Source of the DNA: Minisyncoccota bacterium
Lineage (GTDB): Bacteria; Patescibacteriota; Minisyncoccia; Phycocordibacterales; PALSA-1337
Length of the DNA: 64,000 nucleotides
Reading direction: 5' to 3'
NCBI GenBank assembly: GCA_036516895.1
Contig: DATDZD010000002.1
Span: forward strand, 13,769 to 77,768
Shown piece after piece: positions 21,610 to 32,153 of this stretch (position 1 is the first letter of the stretch; each line of letters opens with the position of its first letter). Made by a program: the position numbers and the translations under genes. Under the pieces are notes generated by a model, which made no database searches, had not been told where the DNA came from, and saw nothing but the letters and a program-made list of their open reading frames with translations.

Positions 21610-22536
21610 CTACTTTCTTTTATTATGAAACTCCTTATGAATCTTCTTGAGTTGGCTATCGGTCACATGTGTATAAATTTGTGTCGTTCCTATATTTGCA
21701 TGTCCCAAAAGCATTTGGACAGAGCGGAGGTCTGCTCCATTTGATAATAAATCTGTCGCAAAAAGATGACGTAAAACATGAGGAGTCACTTTTTTTGAAA
21801 TACCAGCTTTTATGGCATGCTGTTTGACTATTCTCTCAATGGAACGACGAGAAAGAGCTGGCTCATTTCTCTCTGTGTTATTTTCCCTATCTCCCGTTTT
21901 TACGAAAAGAGCATCATTGATATCAGTTCTTCTATCTAAATATTTTTTTATTGCACTTTTAGCTTCTGTAGAAAGAAAAACTACTCTTATTTTTTCACCT
22001 TTACCTCTAATAGAGAGCTCGTCTAATTTCAAATCAATATCTCTAGACAGAGAACAAAGTTCCGAAACGCGCAAGCCAGTAGAAAATAGTAGCTCTAAAA
22101 TAGCTTTATCTCGCAATGCCTTCAAATCATTGCCATCTGAAGTATTGAGAAGTCGCTTCAGTTCATCAGAAGAAATAAGATCCAGGGCGCGCTCTCCTAC
22201 CTTTGCCAACTCTATATATTCTGGAGAAAGTGTTTTTATGCCTCTTTTTGCGATGTATTTGAGAAAAGCACGCAAGGCAATAAGATGATAATTCTGCGTT
22301 TTTTTCTTGAGAGTCTCTCCTGTAGCTCTATTGTTTCCTCCTGATTGTCTATTTAGCCATAGACGATAGTTGCGCACTATATTTTCAGTAATATCATTGG
22401 TATCTTTTATACAAGCATGGTCAATAAAACGGGTGAGATAGTGGTCATAATTTTCAACAGTTTTGACGGCTCGTCCTTTTTCTATTTCAATATATTCAAG
22501 AAATTCTTGCTTCAAGTCTTTAATATTGTGCGACAT
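21610..22536 (-). CDS. XerC/XerD-type tyrosine recombinase
   Basis: LFSTGLRVSEL, GKGEK, TPHVLRHLFAT, LLGHANIGTTQIYTH; likely start MSHNIK. Confidence 0.92.
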   Translation of the reverse strand: MSHNIKDLKQEFLEYIEIEKGRAVKTVENYDHYLTRFIDHACIKDTNDITENIVRNYRLWLNRQSGGNNRATGETLKKKTQNYHLIALRAFLKYIAKRGIKTLSPEYIELAKVGERALDLISSDELKRLLNTSDGNDLKALRDKAILELLFSTGLRVSELCSLSRDIDLKLDELSIRGKGEKIRVVFLSTEAKSAIKKYLDRRTDINDALFVKTGDRENNTERNEPALSRRSIERIVKQHAIKAGISKKVTPHVLRHLFATDLLSNGADLRSVQMLLGHANIGTTQIYTHVTDSQLKKIHKEFHNKRK

Positions 22537-22591
22537 GCTATTATTGTAACAAACTTGCAATATAAAGCTATTCGTGCTATTATCCTTCATC

Positions 22592-22858
22592 ATGCTGACA
22601 ACAAGACAGAAAGCGAATGTCATAAAAACATCTGCAATTCATGATAAAGACACGGGGTCTCCCGAGGTTCAAATTTCTATTTTGACAAGAAGGATTGAAG
22701 AATTGGCAGGACATTTGAAGAAACACAAGAAAGACAACCATTCAAGACGCGGACTTCTAGCTATGGTAGCAGATCGCCAAACCCACATGAATTATTTGAA
22801 GAAAAAGCATCCAAAACGCTATTCGTCTATTGCAAAAAAGCTTGACCTTAAAAAATAG
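22592..22858 (+). CDS. rpsO: 30S ribosomal protein S15
   Basis: DTGSPEVQISILT, HKKDNHSRRGLL. Confidence 0.97.
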   Translation: MLTTRQKANVIKTSAIHDKDTGSPEVQISILTRRIEELAGHLKKHKKDNHSRRGLLAMVADRQTHMNYLKKKHPKRYSSIAKKLDLKK

Positions 22859-22981
22859 GAGTGGAGATGAATAGAAAATCATTAAGTGGTGCGGATTAGT
22901 AGAATTATTAAGGAATTTAATAATAGTAAATGCTATACTTAACATGTAGCATGTATTTTTAATAAGTAATAATATTTACAT

Positions 22982-23557
22982 ATGTCAGTTATCAAACATA
23001 AAGAACAAAGAGTTGGAGTTTTTATAGATACGCAAAACATTTATCATAGTGGAAAAAATCTCTATCATTCAAAAGTCAACTTTGGACAGATAGTCAAAGA
23101 CGCTCTGGATGGCAGGTCTCTTATTCGCGCTGTGGCGTATGTCATAACAACGGAAGCAGGAGACGAGAAAGGATTTTTTGATGCTCTTACTAAAATGGGT
23201 ATTGAAACAAAGACAAAAGACCTTCAGATTTTTGGAAGTGGAGCGAAAAAAGCCGATTGGGATGTGGGACTTGCCATAGACGCTGTGAAATTGGCGCCGA
23301 AACTTGACGCAGTCATACTTGTTACGGGGGACGGAGACTTCATACCGCTCGTGGAGTATCTTCAGATGAATCAAGGTTGCCAGGTGGAAGTAGTTTCTTT
23401 TGGAAAATCAACTTCAGCCAAACTTATTGAGGTAGCGGATGACTTTATTGACCTTGACCAAAACGCCAGGAAATATCTCATAGGAAGTCAGACTACATTC
23501 AGAGGAAAGGGAAGAAATGGAGTAAAGCAGGAAAAAATTGAAGAAAAAACTGTGTAG
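22982..23557 (+). CDS. NYN (LabA/DUF88) domain protein
   Basis: VFIDTQN, KADWDVGLAIDA, TGDGDFIPL. Confidence 0.9.
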   Translation: MSVIKHKEQRVGVFIDTQNIYHSGKNLYHSKVNFGQIVKDALDGRSLIRAVAYVITTEAGDEKGFFDALTKMGIETKTKDLQIFGSGAKKADWDVGLAIDAVKLAPKLDAVILVTGDGDFIPLVEYLQMNQGCQVEVVSFGKSTSAKLIEVADDFIDLDQNARKYLIGSQTTFRGKGRNGVKQEKIEEKTV

Positions 23558-23560
23558 TAA

Positions 23561-23662
23561 ATAAAATCATGCGAGCATGCGGGGAGGAAACCCTATTTTT
23601 TCGAACCTGAGAGACAAAAATAAGTGCTTCCGACCGAAAGTAGGCGAGCTGATTTTACCAAG
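23561..23662 (-). repeat. Intergenic hairpin repeat, copy 2 (inverted)
   Basis: Reverse complement GGTAAAATCAGCTCGCCTACTTTCGGTCGGAAGCACTTATTTTTGTC... matches copy 1. Confidence 0.85.
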
Positions 23663-23670
23663 ATAAAAAA

Positions 23671-24705
23671 ATGAATGAAGATATATTTAATAAACAAAAT
23701 ATACCAAATATCCCATTACAAACTCCTCCGGAGATTCCTGCAAAGACTATTCCTACCCAAGAATCAATACGCACATATGAAAGCGATATGGCTAAAGTCT
23801 TGATGCAGAAAAAAGCTTCTGCTGTCACGATAGCTATAGCTGAAAATAAAAAAAAAGAGGGCGGAGAAAGCATATCAAACGCTCCAGAAAAAAATCGCGC
23901 GAAACAAGTCTTGATGATACTTATGAGCATAATATTCATAAGTGGGGGAGTTGTGGGAGCATATTATCTTTATCTTCAGAGTCCTTTTGCAAAACCTACT
24001 CCAATACCAAAACCACTTTCTGCTGTGAGTATTATCCCTTCTGATAAACAAGTAGATTTTAATATAAGCAACATTCCTGATAAAGGAATACTTGCGCAGA
24101 TATATCCGCAATTTAGTAGAAATATTTTACCCGCGGGACAAATATTGGAATTAATTATCAAAGAAAAAAGTGCTATACAAACACAAAATGGGGCGCAAGA
24201 CACGGATTCAGAAAAATCTCTGAATAAAATAACTGGGTCATCTTTCATAAAAAAGAGTGGCATAGACATGCCAGATATTTTACTTAGGTCAATAACAGAT
24301 AGATGGATGATAGGAGCATATGCGGAAGAGAGCGGGAGTAAAACTCCATTTGTAGTTTTCACAACAGATTTTTTTCAAAATGCTTTTGCGGGAATGCTAG
24401 CGTGGGAAGATTCCATGGCTGATGATTTATCCGTCATGCTAAATTATAAAGAAAAAGCGAGAAATATGGAAAGGATATTGGAGATAGACGCTTCTTCAAC
24501 ACCGATTTCATCGTATTTTAATATACAAGGGCAATTTATTGATAAACAAATACATAATCGAGATGTGAGAGAATTCATAAGCAGTGGAGGTGAGTTGTTG
24601 TTTCTATATTCTTTTATTGATAAAGAAACCTTCATAATGACTACAACGGAAACCTCTTTATCTGCAAGTATTGACCGTATTGAAAAGCAAACCTATGTAA
24701 GGTAG
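23671..24705 (+). CDS. Single-pass membrane hypothetical protein
   Basis: One TM helix followed by an extracytoplasmic domain (AFAGMLAWE). Confidence 0.75.
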   Translation: MNEDIFNKQNIPNIPLQTPPEIPAKTIPTQESIRTYESDMAKVLMQKKASAVTIAIAENKKKEGGESISNAPEKNRAKQVLMILMSIIFISGGVVGAYYLYLQSPFAKPTPIPKPLSAVSIIPSDKQVDFNISNIPDKGILAQIYPQFSRNILPAGQILELIIKEKSAIQTQNGAQDTDSEKSLNKITGSSFIKKSGIDMPDILLRSITDRWMIGAYAEESGSKTPFVVFTTDFFQNAFAGMLAWEDSMADDLSVMLNYKEKARNMERILEIDASSTPISSYFNIQGQFIDKQIHNRDVREFISSGGELLFLYSFIDKETFIMTTTETSLSASIDRIEKQTYVR

Positions 24706-24714
24706 AATAAGTTT

Positions 24715-25077
24715 ATGAATAAAAAAGACATTCAATATTTCAAAAACAAACTAGAAAAAGAAAAACGGCTTCTTGAAGACGAACTTGGCACTATTGGCAA
24801 GGCAAATTCTGAAAGTCCAAGCGGTTGGGAAGTAACCGCAGGCAAAATAGAAGTTGACAGCGCTGATGAAAACGAAACCGCCGACAAAATGGAAGAAATG
24901 GAAGAAAATGAACTTATCTTTGGTCAACTAGAGAAACAATTGAGTGAAATAAAGTACGCTTTAGAACGCATTGAGAAAGGTGCTTACGGCATATGTGAAA
25001 TATCAGGTAAACCGATTGAGAAAGACCGTTTAGAGGCAAATCCTTCGGCCAGAACTTGCAAGCAACATATGAAGTAG
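24715..25077 (+). CDS. TraR/DksA family (YteA-like) regulator
   Basis: Coiled coil with acidic tip; ALERIEKGAYGICEISGKPIEKDRLEANPSARTC. Confidence 0.88.
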   Translation: MNKKDIQYFKNKLEKEKRLLEDELGTIGKANSESPSGWEVTAGKIEVDSADENETADKMEEMEENELIFGQLEKQLSEIKYALERIEKGAYGICEISGKPIEKDRLEANPSARTCKQHMK

Positions 25078-25207
25078 TAAGGATTATAATATAAATACTT
25101 CTGTCGCCTTATTTACAAAATACAATTTCTGTCTTCTAAAGTAAGATTTTATCAAAATTTTAAAACTTTTTTATCAGAATTTTATCTCGGTCTGCTAGAG
25201 TGGGAGA

Positions 25208-26770
25208 ATGAGCGTATCAAAAACATATAGTGCACAACTTTCTGGTCTTAAGACTCATATAGTAACTATAGAAGTGGACCTTTCAAATGGTCTTCATGCT
25301 TTTGTCATAGTCGGACTTGGAGATAAAGCAGTTGAAGAAGCGAAAGACCGTATTTCAGCGGGAATAAAAAATAGTGGATATATTTCACCAAAACAAAAAA
25401 ATCAAAAGGTTGTAATATCTCTTGCTCCTGCCGACCTTAGAAAAGAAGGACCTTCTTTTGACCTTGGCATGGCTCTTTGTTATCTCAAAGCAAGTGGAGA
25501 TATTAATTTTGATGCTGAAAAGAAACTTTTTCTTGGAGAGCTTTCTCTTGAAGGTCAGTTGAGAAAAATAAGCGGAGTGCTTCCTCTAGTCAAAGGAGCT
25601 TATGAAAAAGGATTTAGAGAAATATTTCTTCCTAAAGAAAATGCAATGGAAGCTGGGTTAGTGAAGGGTGTGACCATATATGCTGTTTGTAGTCTAGATG
25701 AAACAATAGGACATCTTATAAATCGGAAAAATGGTTTTATCAAAGCGTATCCGCCAACAAAAATCCTATACGAAAAACAGTCTTTTGATACTGATTTCTC
25801 TTTTATCCAAGGACAAGAAACTGCCAAACGAGGTTTAGAGATAGCAGCGGCGGGCGGACACAATATCGCCATGTATGGACCGCCGGGAACTGGAAAAACA
25901 ATGCTTGCCAGAGCATTTCAGACCATATTGCCTCCATTGAACCATGAAGAAATCCTAGAGGTTACAAGCATACATTCACTGGCGCGTATCTTGGACAAGC
26001 CGTTTATAACTTATCCGCCGTTTAGGTCTCCACATCACACATCCTCATATGCATCTCTAGTGGGAGGAGGACCATTCCCCAAGCCAGGAGAAATAACTCT
26101 GGCTCACCGCGGAGTGCTTTTTCTTGATGAATTTCCAGAATTTGACAGAAACGCCATTGATGCTCTGCGCCAACCACTTGAAGACCATTTCATTACAATT
26201 TCTAGAATAAAAGGCGTCATAGCCTTTCCCGCTCAATGTATTCTAATAGCCAGTATGAATCCCTGTCCTTGCGGGTATGGAAAAGAAAAGGGATGTTTGT
26301 GTACAGACAAAGACATAACTCGTTATAGAAGAAAAATATCAGGACCTATTATTGACCGTATAGACTTATGGGTTTCTGTATCAAAGGTGGAATATCAAAA
26401 ACTTGCAGGTCCCTACAAAGATTCTTCAATTAGTCCTTCCAAAAATTCCACAGAATTAAGCCGTGATTCCGAATCAATAAGAAAAAGAGTTTTAATAGCT
26501 CGCAAATCTCAAAAAAGAAGATTCGTAAGTAAAAAAATAACTAACAAGAGAATAAATGGCGAAATGAGTGTTTCCGATATTGAAAAATGTATCACTTTGT
26601 CTATTGATATAAGAAATCTTCTTACCACTTCTGCAGAAAAATTGTCCTTATCGGGCAGAGCATTTCATCGTGTCATAAAAGTGTCTCGGACAATAGCGGA
26701 TTTGGAAGGTGATAAAGAAATTAAAAAAGAGCATATTTTAGAAGCACTTCAATACAGGCAGAAGTTCTAG
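25208..26770 (+). CDS. comM: ComM/YifB Mg-chelatase-like AAA+ ATPase
   Basis: LAPADLRKEG, GPPGTGKTM, FRSPHHTSS, GVLFLDEFPEF, MNPCPCG. Confidence 0.93.
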   Translation: MSVSKTYSAQLSGLKTHIVTIEVDLSNGLHAFVIVGLGDKAVEEAKDRISAGIKNSGYISPKQKNQKVVISLAPADLRKEGPSFDLGMALCYLKASGDINFDAEKKLFLGELSLEGQLRKISGVLPLVKGAYEKGFREIFLPKENAMEAGLVKGVTIYAVCSLDETIGHLINRKNGFIKAYPPTKILYEKQSFDTDFSFIQGQETAKRGLEIAAAGGHNIAMYGPPGTGKTMLARAFQTILPPLNHEEILEVTSIHSLARILDKPFITYPPFRSPHHTSSYASLVGGGPFPKPGEITLAHRGVLFLDEFPEFDRNAIDALRQPLEDHFITISRIKGVIAFPAQCILIASMNPCPCGYGKEKGCLCTDKDITRYRRKISGPIIDRIDLWVSVSKVEYQKLAGPYKDSSISPSKNSTELSRDSESIRKRVLIARKSQKRRFVSKKITNKRINGEMSVSDIEKCITLSIDIRNLLTTSAEKLSLSGRAFHRVIKVSRTIADLEGDKEIKKEHILEALQYRQKF

Positions 26771-26791
26771 TAAAATCGTAAAAAATATCAT

Positions 26792-26966
26792 CTAGGTAAA
26801 ATCGGCTCGCTTACTTGCGGTCGGAAGCACTTATTTTTGTCTCGCAAGCTCAAAAAAATAAATCTTCCTCCTTACAGGAGCGGTACACCTTTCGCATTTG
26901 ATTACAAATGCTCAAGGTCTTGCGAAAGCTTCGCTTTCTCACCCCGCAAGCTCGCACGATTTTACT
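26792..26966 (+). repeat. Intergenic hairpin repeat, copy 3, with a ~70 bp internal insertion
   Basis: Nearly identical to copy 1 except for an extra hairpin block at ~26872-26942. Confidence 0.85.
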
Positions 26967-26977
26967 TAATTTAGATT

Positions 26978-28054
26978 CTAGAACGGATTCTTGGCTCCGC
27001 GGATTTCAAAGTGCACATGAGGACCAGTAGTCTTGCCGGTTATACCTAACTTTGCAATCATATCTCCTTTTTCCACTCTTTGACCTACAGAGACTAGATT
27101 TGTAGAGTTATGTGCATAGAGAGTCTGTGTGCCATTTGGGTGTGAAATAACAACATAGTTTCCATAACCACCGTGCCAAGAACCATCTGATGTGCTAACA
27201 ATTACTACACCACCAGCTGAAGCGTATATAGGAGTTCCAACAGGAGCGGCGAGGTCAACACCATTATATCCATGAATACTCTGTGATTTCCTTCCAACAT
27301 AAACAGGACGCATATAATACCCAACATATGAAGGAACTTTTGAAGAGACATTTACAGACGAAGATTTGGTATCGTAAGTCGGTTCAGCATCTGGAACAAT
27401 GATTACATCTCCTTCTGCTATGACTGAATTGATAGACAGATTATTGTATTCTAAGATTTCATCAATGTCCGCTTTATATTTTGCCACAATACCCTTTATC
27501 GTATCTCCCTTCTTAACAATATGTTTTATGCCTGAAATAGGAAGAATAACCAAGGTTTGACCTTCTTTTATAGTCTTGTTTTTTCCTAGGTCGTTGGCCC
27601 AAACAATAGTATTGACTGAAACATCAAACATATTGGCTATTTCAGAAAGAGTATCTCCGGAACGCACAATATAAATGCTAATCTGCGTATTTATTGGATT
27701 TTCTATATCAGAAATAGTGCCAGAGGGACCAATTTCGGCTAAAAATATGTTCTCTGAAGCTGAAATGCGTTGTTCGTTTGGAATATTTGGATGAGGATTG
27801 CTATTTAAAGCGGCTTTGAGAACAGTCATGTTTTGAGAATTTGGAGCATCTTGAATGTCAAAAGTCTTAGCTGACGCTTTATCTGTAGCCATATCAGAAA
27901 TAAAAGAAAAAAGACTGGCATTTGCAGTCTGTGGATAAAAAAGTGGCAAAATTATTATAAAAAAAGCAATAAACAGCTCTTTGGAGAGATTTATGGACGA
28001 ATATGTATTTTGGGAAAATGTATAACGAAAAAATTTCATAACAAAAATAGCCAT
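26978..28054 (-). CDS. LysM-domain M23 family peptidase
   Basis: Two LysM repeats; HGYNGVD and TGPHVHFE M23 motifs. Confidence 0.93.
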   Translation of the reverse strand: MAIFVMKFFRYTFSQNTYSSINLSKELFIAFFIIILPLFYPQTANASLFSFISDMATDKASAKTFDIQDAPNSQNMTVLKAALNSNPHPNIPNEQRISASENIFLAEIGPSGTISDIENPINTQISIYIVRSGDTLSEIANMFDVSVNTIVWANDLGKNKTIKEGQTLVILPISGIKHIVKKGDTIKGIVAKYKADIDEILEYNNLSINSVIAEGDVIIVPDAEPTYDTKSSSVNVSSKVPSYVGYYMRPVYVGRKSQSIHGYNGVDLAAPVGTPIYASAGGVVIVSTSDGSWHGGYGNYVVISHPNGTQTLYAHNSTNLVSVGQRVEKGDMIAKLGITGKTTGPHVHFEIRGAKNPF

Positions 28055-28232
28055 TCGGCAATATCTGAAGGTCGTTTATTAAACGAAAAGGAAATGCGGA
28101 AATTTCTGTGTATGGCTCTATTGAGCCATATTTGTATCTCTATTTAATGAGATACACAATCAGGTTACTGGAAGATGACAATAAAGTCAATGAGGGTGGT
28201 GGATAGACAAAACTGTGCTATAGTGTTCTTGC

Positions 28233-30197
28233 ATGACTTCCAAAGAATTGAATACTAGACAGAGACAAGCTGTGGAAACACTAGCGGGACCTCTTCTTGT
28301 CTTGGCGGGAGCAGGAGCAGGAAAAACCAAGACAATAGGTCATAGAATCATAAATCTCATAAGAAGTGGTGTTGAACCATCAAAGATTTTAGCTATTACT
28401 TTTACAAATAAAGCCGCAGGGGAGATGCGTAATAGAATCTTTGACCTACTGGAAACTGATAAAAATCTCAATATTCCAATTTCTATATCAAAAATAAAAG
28501 AAGAGAAGCCCTTTATTAGCACATTTCATGCTCTTGGAGTGCATATTATTAAAGAAAATAGCTCTTTAATAGGGCTTCCTAGACATTTCAGCATATTTGA
28601 CAGAGGAGATTCAAAACAAGCCATAAAAAAATCTCTAGAATCTCTCAATATTGACCCAAAAAAATTTGAACCGGGAGCAATTCTTAATACAATTTCAAAA
28701 GAAAAAGGGAATGGGATAACACATGAAAAATATTCTAGCAATTTGAAAGGTGAACCACAGGAATTTTATCAAAAGATAGTTGCCGATACTTGGAGAGAAT
28801 ATGAAAAAATCTTAATGCAAGAAAAAGCGTTGGATTTTGATGATTTATTATTAAAAACAGCAATATTACTAAAGAACTATCCTGAAATAAGAGCCAAATA
28901 CAACTCTGTATGGGAACACATTCATATAGACGAATATCAAGACACAAACAAAGTGCAATACGATATAGCTACCATGTTGACTGGAGACAATAAGAATATC
29001 TGTGTTGTGGGCGATATTGACCAGATGATATATTCTTGGCGAGGCGCTGATTTGCAAAATATTTTGGACTTCGAAAAGACTTACCCTGAAGCAAAGGTTA
29101 TTCTTTTGGAAGAGAATTATCGTTCAACTCAAACCATCCTTTCCGCCGCCAATAATGTCATACGCAAAAATATTATGCGCCGTGAAAAAAATCTCTTTAC
29201 AAAAAATTCAGAAGGAGAAAAAATAGAGCTCATAATTTCCGTTAATGAAAAAGAAGAAGCTCGCATGATTGCTGACAATGCCAGAACCCTTATTGAAAAT
29301 GGCACTCGCCCTAGAGAGATCGCTGTCCTTTATAGAGCCAATTTCCAATCGCGAGTACTTGAAGAAGCATTCTTGAACAAAAATATTCCATATCAAATAC
29401 TCGGCGTTAGATTTTTTGAAAGAAAAGAAATAAAGGATACGCTTTCATTTATAAAATCCGCTCTAAATAGAGAAAGTGCGAGCGATATGGCGCGAATAGT
29501 AAATATTCCTCCGCGAGGTATAGGGAAATCGACTATTTTGAAGGTTATAATGAAACAAGAACATGCTTTGGGGCCATCTCTCAAGATAAAAGTCTCACAA
29601 TTTTTGCATTTATTGGACAGTATAAAACATATTGCCATGACCAAGAAACCTTCTGTATTGATTAAATATATCTTAAAAGAAACTGGTATGGAAATGACAT
29701 ATAAAAATGGTTCGGCAGAAGAACAAGAAAAGCTTGAAAACCTTAGAGAATTGACCTCCGTTGCAACACAATATGACTTTCTACCACCGGAAGAAGGGGT
29801 TGAGGCTCTTCTCTCAAATTCCGCTCTAGCTACAGACCAAGACGAGCTTGAAAAAAACAATAATGCGGTTAAACTTATGACTGTCCATGCGTCAAAAGGA
29901 TTGGAATTTGATGGCGTATTTATTTCCGGATTAGAGCAAGATTTATTTCCTCACCAAAGAATTGGAAAAGATGAAATAAGCCAATCCGAAGCGGAAGAAG
30001 AAAGAAGATTGTTTTATGTGGCTCTTACTAGGGCTAGAAAAAAAATCTTTTTGAGCTATTCCCAAACACGCACGATATATGGAACAACAAAAGTAAATAT
30101 ACCCTCCGAATTTATATCGGATATTGGGGACGAACACATAACGCAAAATAGTTATGAAAAACCGCGCGGGGTAAAATCTATTTTTATTGATTTTTAA
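28233..30197 (+). CDS. pcrA: UvrD/PcrA helicase
   Basis: AGAGAGKT, DEYQDTN, LEENYRST, MTVHASKGLEF, EERRLFYVALTRA. Confidence 0.95.
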   Translation: MTSKELNTRQRQAVETLAGPLLVLAGAGAGKTKTIGHRIINLIRSGVEPSKILAITFTNKAAGEMRNRIFDLLETDKNLNIPISISKIKEEKPFISTFHALGVHIIKENSSLIGLPRHFSIFDRGDSKQAIKKSLESLNIDPKKFEPGAILNTISKEKGNGITHEKYSSNLKGEPQEFYQKIVADTWREYEKILMQEKALDFDDLLLKTAILLKNYPEIRAKYNSVWEHIHIDEYQDTNKVQYDIATMLTGDNKNICVVGDIDQMIYSWRGADLQNILDFEKTYPEAKVILLEENYRSTQTILSAANNVIRKNIMRREKNLFTKNSEGEKIELIISVNEKEEARMIADNARTLIENGTRPREIAVLYRANFQSRVLEEAFLNKNIPYQILGVRFFERKEIKDTLSFIKSALNRESASDMARIVNIPPRGIGKSTILKVIMKQEHALGPSLKIKVSQFLHLLDSIKHIAMTKKPSVLIKYILKETGMEMTYKNGSAEEQEKLENLRELTSVATQYDFLPPEEGVEALLSNSALATDQDELEKNNNAVKLMTVHASKGLEFDGVFISGLEQDLFPHQRIGKDEISQSEAEEERRLFYVALTRARKKIFLSYSQTRTIYGTTKVNIPSEFISDIGDEHITQNSYEKPRGVKSIFIDF

Positions 30198-30198
30198 T

Positions 30199-31089
30199 AT
30201 GGACTTTATAGCAAAAAAATCCCTTGGACAAAACTTTCTTCACGCTCCGCAGGTGATTTCAAAGATGATTCACACGACAAATATTACTCCGGATGATATT
30301 GTCCTTGAAGTTGGTCCAGGTAAAGGAGCTCTGACAGAAAAACTTCTGGAAATTGGAGCTAAAGTCATAGCTGTAGAAAAAGATGATAGACTTATATCTT
30401 TTCTATCAGACAAATTTTCAAAAGAAATAGAGAGCGGACAATTAAAAATAATTCACCAAGATATTTTAGATTTCAATCCATCATTATATGGTTTATCTTC
30501 TAGTAATTATTCCATAATAGCCAATATTCCTTATTACATCAGCGGAGAATTTTTAAGAAAGTTCCTAGAGTCAGATATCCAGCCGTCAAGAATGGTCATA
30601 ATGCTCCAAAAAGAGCTTGCAAAAAGAATCGTGGATAAAAAGGGAAGTATACTTTCCATATCAGTCAAAGCTTATGGGAATCCAAAATACATAACCTCTG
30701 TGCCAAGAAAATTCTTTAGACCAATGCCAAATGTTGATTCAGCAATGCTTTTAATTGAAAATATATCAAAAAAATTCTTCCTTAGGGAAAACAGAATAGA
30801 AGATGAAAGAAAAAAACAAGAAAGAGAAAAGAAAGAAGATATTGAAATGAGCCCAGGAAAAGAAAAAATAAACAACAGAGAGACAAGAATGAGTGAAAAA
30901 AGGTTTTTTGAGCTAGTAAAAGCTGGTTTTGCTCATAAAAGAAAGGTTCTTATAAAAAATATTGAAGAAATAATGACTAAAGACGACATAAAAGAGATTT
31001 GGGAAAGCCAAAAATGGTCTCTTACTCTGCGTGCTGAAGAGCTAACCATTGAGGATTGGATGAAAATAGCTTGTTTTCCACAGAAATAG
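30199..31089 (+). CDS. rsmA: 16S rRNA dimethyltransferase KsgA
   Basis: KKSLGQNFL, LEVGPGKGALT, ANIPYYIS. Confidence 0.95.
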   Translation: MDFIAKKSLGQNFLHAPQVISKMIHTTNITPDDIVLEVGPGKGALTEKLLEIGAKVIAVEKDDRLISFLSDKFSKEIESGQLKIIHQDILDFNPSLYGLSSSNYSIIANIPYYISGEFLRKFLESDIQPSRMVIMLQKELAKRIVDKKGSILSISVKAYGNPKYITSVPRKFFRPMPNVDSAMLLIENISKKFFLRENRIEDERKKQEREKKEDIEMSPGKEKINNRETRMSEKRFFELVKAGFAHKRKVLIKNIEEIMTKDDIKEIWESQKWSLTLRAEELTIEDWMKIACFPQK

Positions 31090-31182
31090 CATAAAAATCT
31101 TAGAGAATAATTTACTTTCTTGTTATAATCAACGATAGTGCCCTTGTACTACCCATGAAATAAAGGGCTACCCAGTTTAATT

Positions 31183-32151
31183 ATGGGCAAAAGAAATATC
31201 ATTTTGATTTTCTTGTCTCTACTTATTGTAGTTACGGCTTTTTTCTTTGCAGAATATAGAAATATCAAAACAAAAAAAGCGTCTTATAATGCTATACTTT
31301 CTGCTAATACAGAAACTTTGTCTCCGGAGCTTCAAAACGAAGACAGCGACAATGATGGACTAAAGGACTGGGAAGAGATTTTGCTTGGTACAGACCCTCG
31401 CAATTCGGATACTGATGGTGATGAAACAACTGATGGTAAAGAAGCGGATTTGGGTAGGAATCCTCTTGTCAAAGGACCGAAAGATAGCACAAAGATAACA
31501 TCATCAAATTCAACTGCGATAGAAAATGATTTGACTCCGACAGACAAATTAGCTAGAGACTTTTTTGCTCGCTATATGGAACTTCGTCAAGTTGGACTTT
31601 CACAAGACAAGCAAAGCCAACAAGAACTAGTAGGGCAAGTCTTGAAAAGCGGTATTGTTCTAGCTGTTCCAAAAACATACGAATTGAAAGATATTCTGGT
31701 GATTCCAGATGATAGCAAAGAAGCGGTAAAAAAATATGGGAATGATGTGGGGGCGGTATTTAAAAAATATATTAATTCCAATACTAAAAATGAAATGGTA
31801 ATCGCTAAAGAAAGTGTTGATAAAGAAGATCCAAATCTTTTAAAAGAAATTGACCCAATTATTTCTATATACAAAAATATCCTAACAGAACTACTTAAAA
31901 TAAAGACACCGAAATCTTTAAATGAAAACCATATAGATATGATAAATAGCATAAGTACTCTCAAGTTTTCTGCCGAATCATTGAGAAAAATAGATACAGA
32001 TGCTCTCGCTGGTGTTCAGGGGACAAGTATATGGCTCGGAGCGGCAACTATCCTTAATAAAACTTTCAATACCATCAAGAATAGCTTTTCAACAAACGGG
32101 ATTACTTATACAACAAATGAATCTGGCAGTTTTTTTATGCTACAACAATAA
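31183..32151 (+). CDS. Membrane-anchored protein with TSP3-like Ca-binding repeats
   Basis: DSDNDGLKDWEE..GTDPRNSDTDGD. Confidence 0.7.
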   Translation: MGKRNIILIFLSLLIVVTAFFFAEYRNIKTKKASYNAILSANTETLSPELQNEDSDNDGLKDWEEILLGTDPRNSDTDGDETTDGKEADLGRNPLVKGPKDSTKITSSNSTAIENDLTPTDKLARDFFARYMELRQVGLSQDKQSQQELVGQVLKSGIVLAVPKTYELKDILVIPDDSKEAVKKYGNDVGAVFKKYINSNTKNEMVIAKESVDKEDPNLLKEIDPIISIYKNILTELLKIKTPKSLNENHIDMINSISTLKFSAESLRKIDTDALAGVQGTSIWLGAATILNKTFNTIKNSFSTNGITYTTNESGSFFMLQQ

Positions 32152-32153
32152 TC

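Noticed and set aside
21610-22536. Tyrosine recombinase as a prophage integrase
   Set aside because: XerC/D-like size and motifs, housekeeping neighbours, no att sites or phage genes
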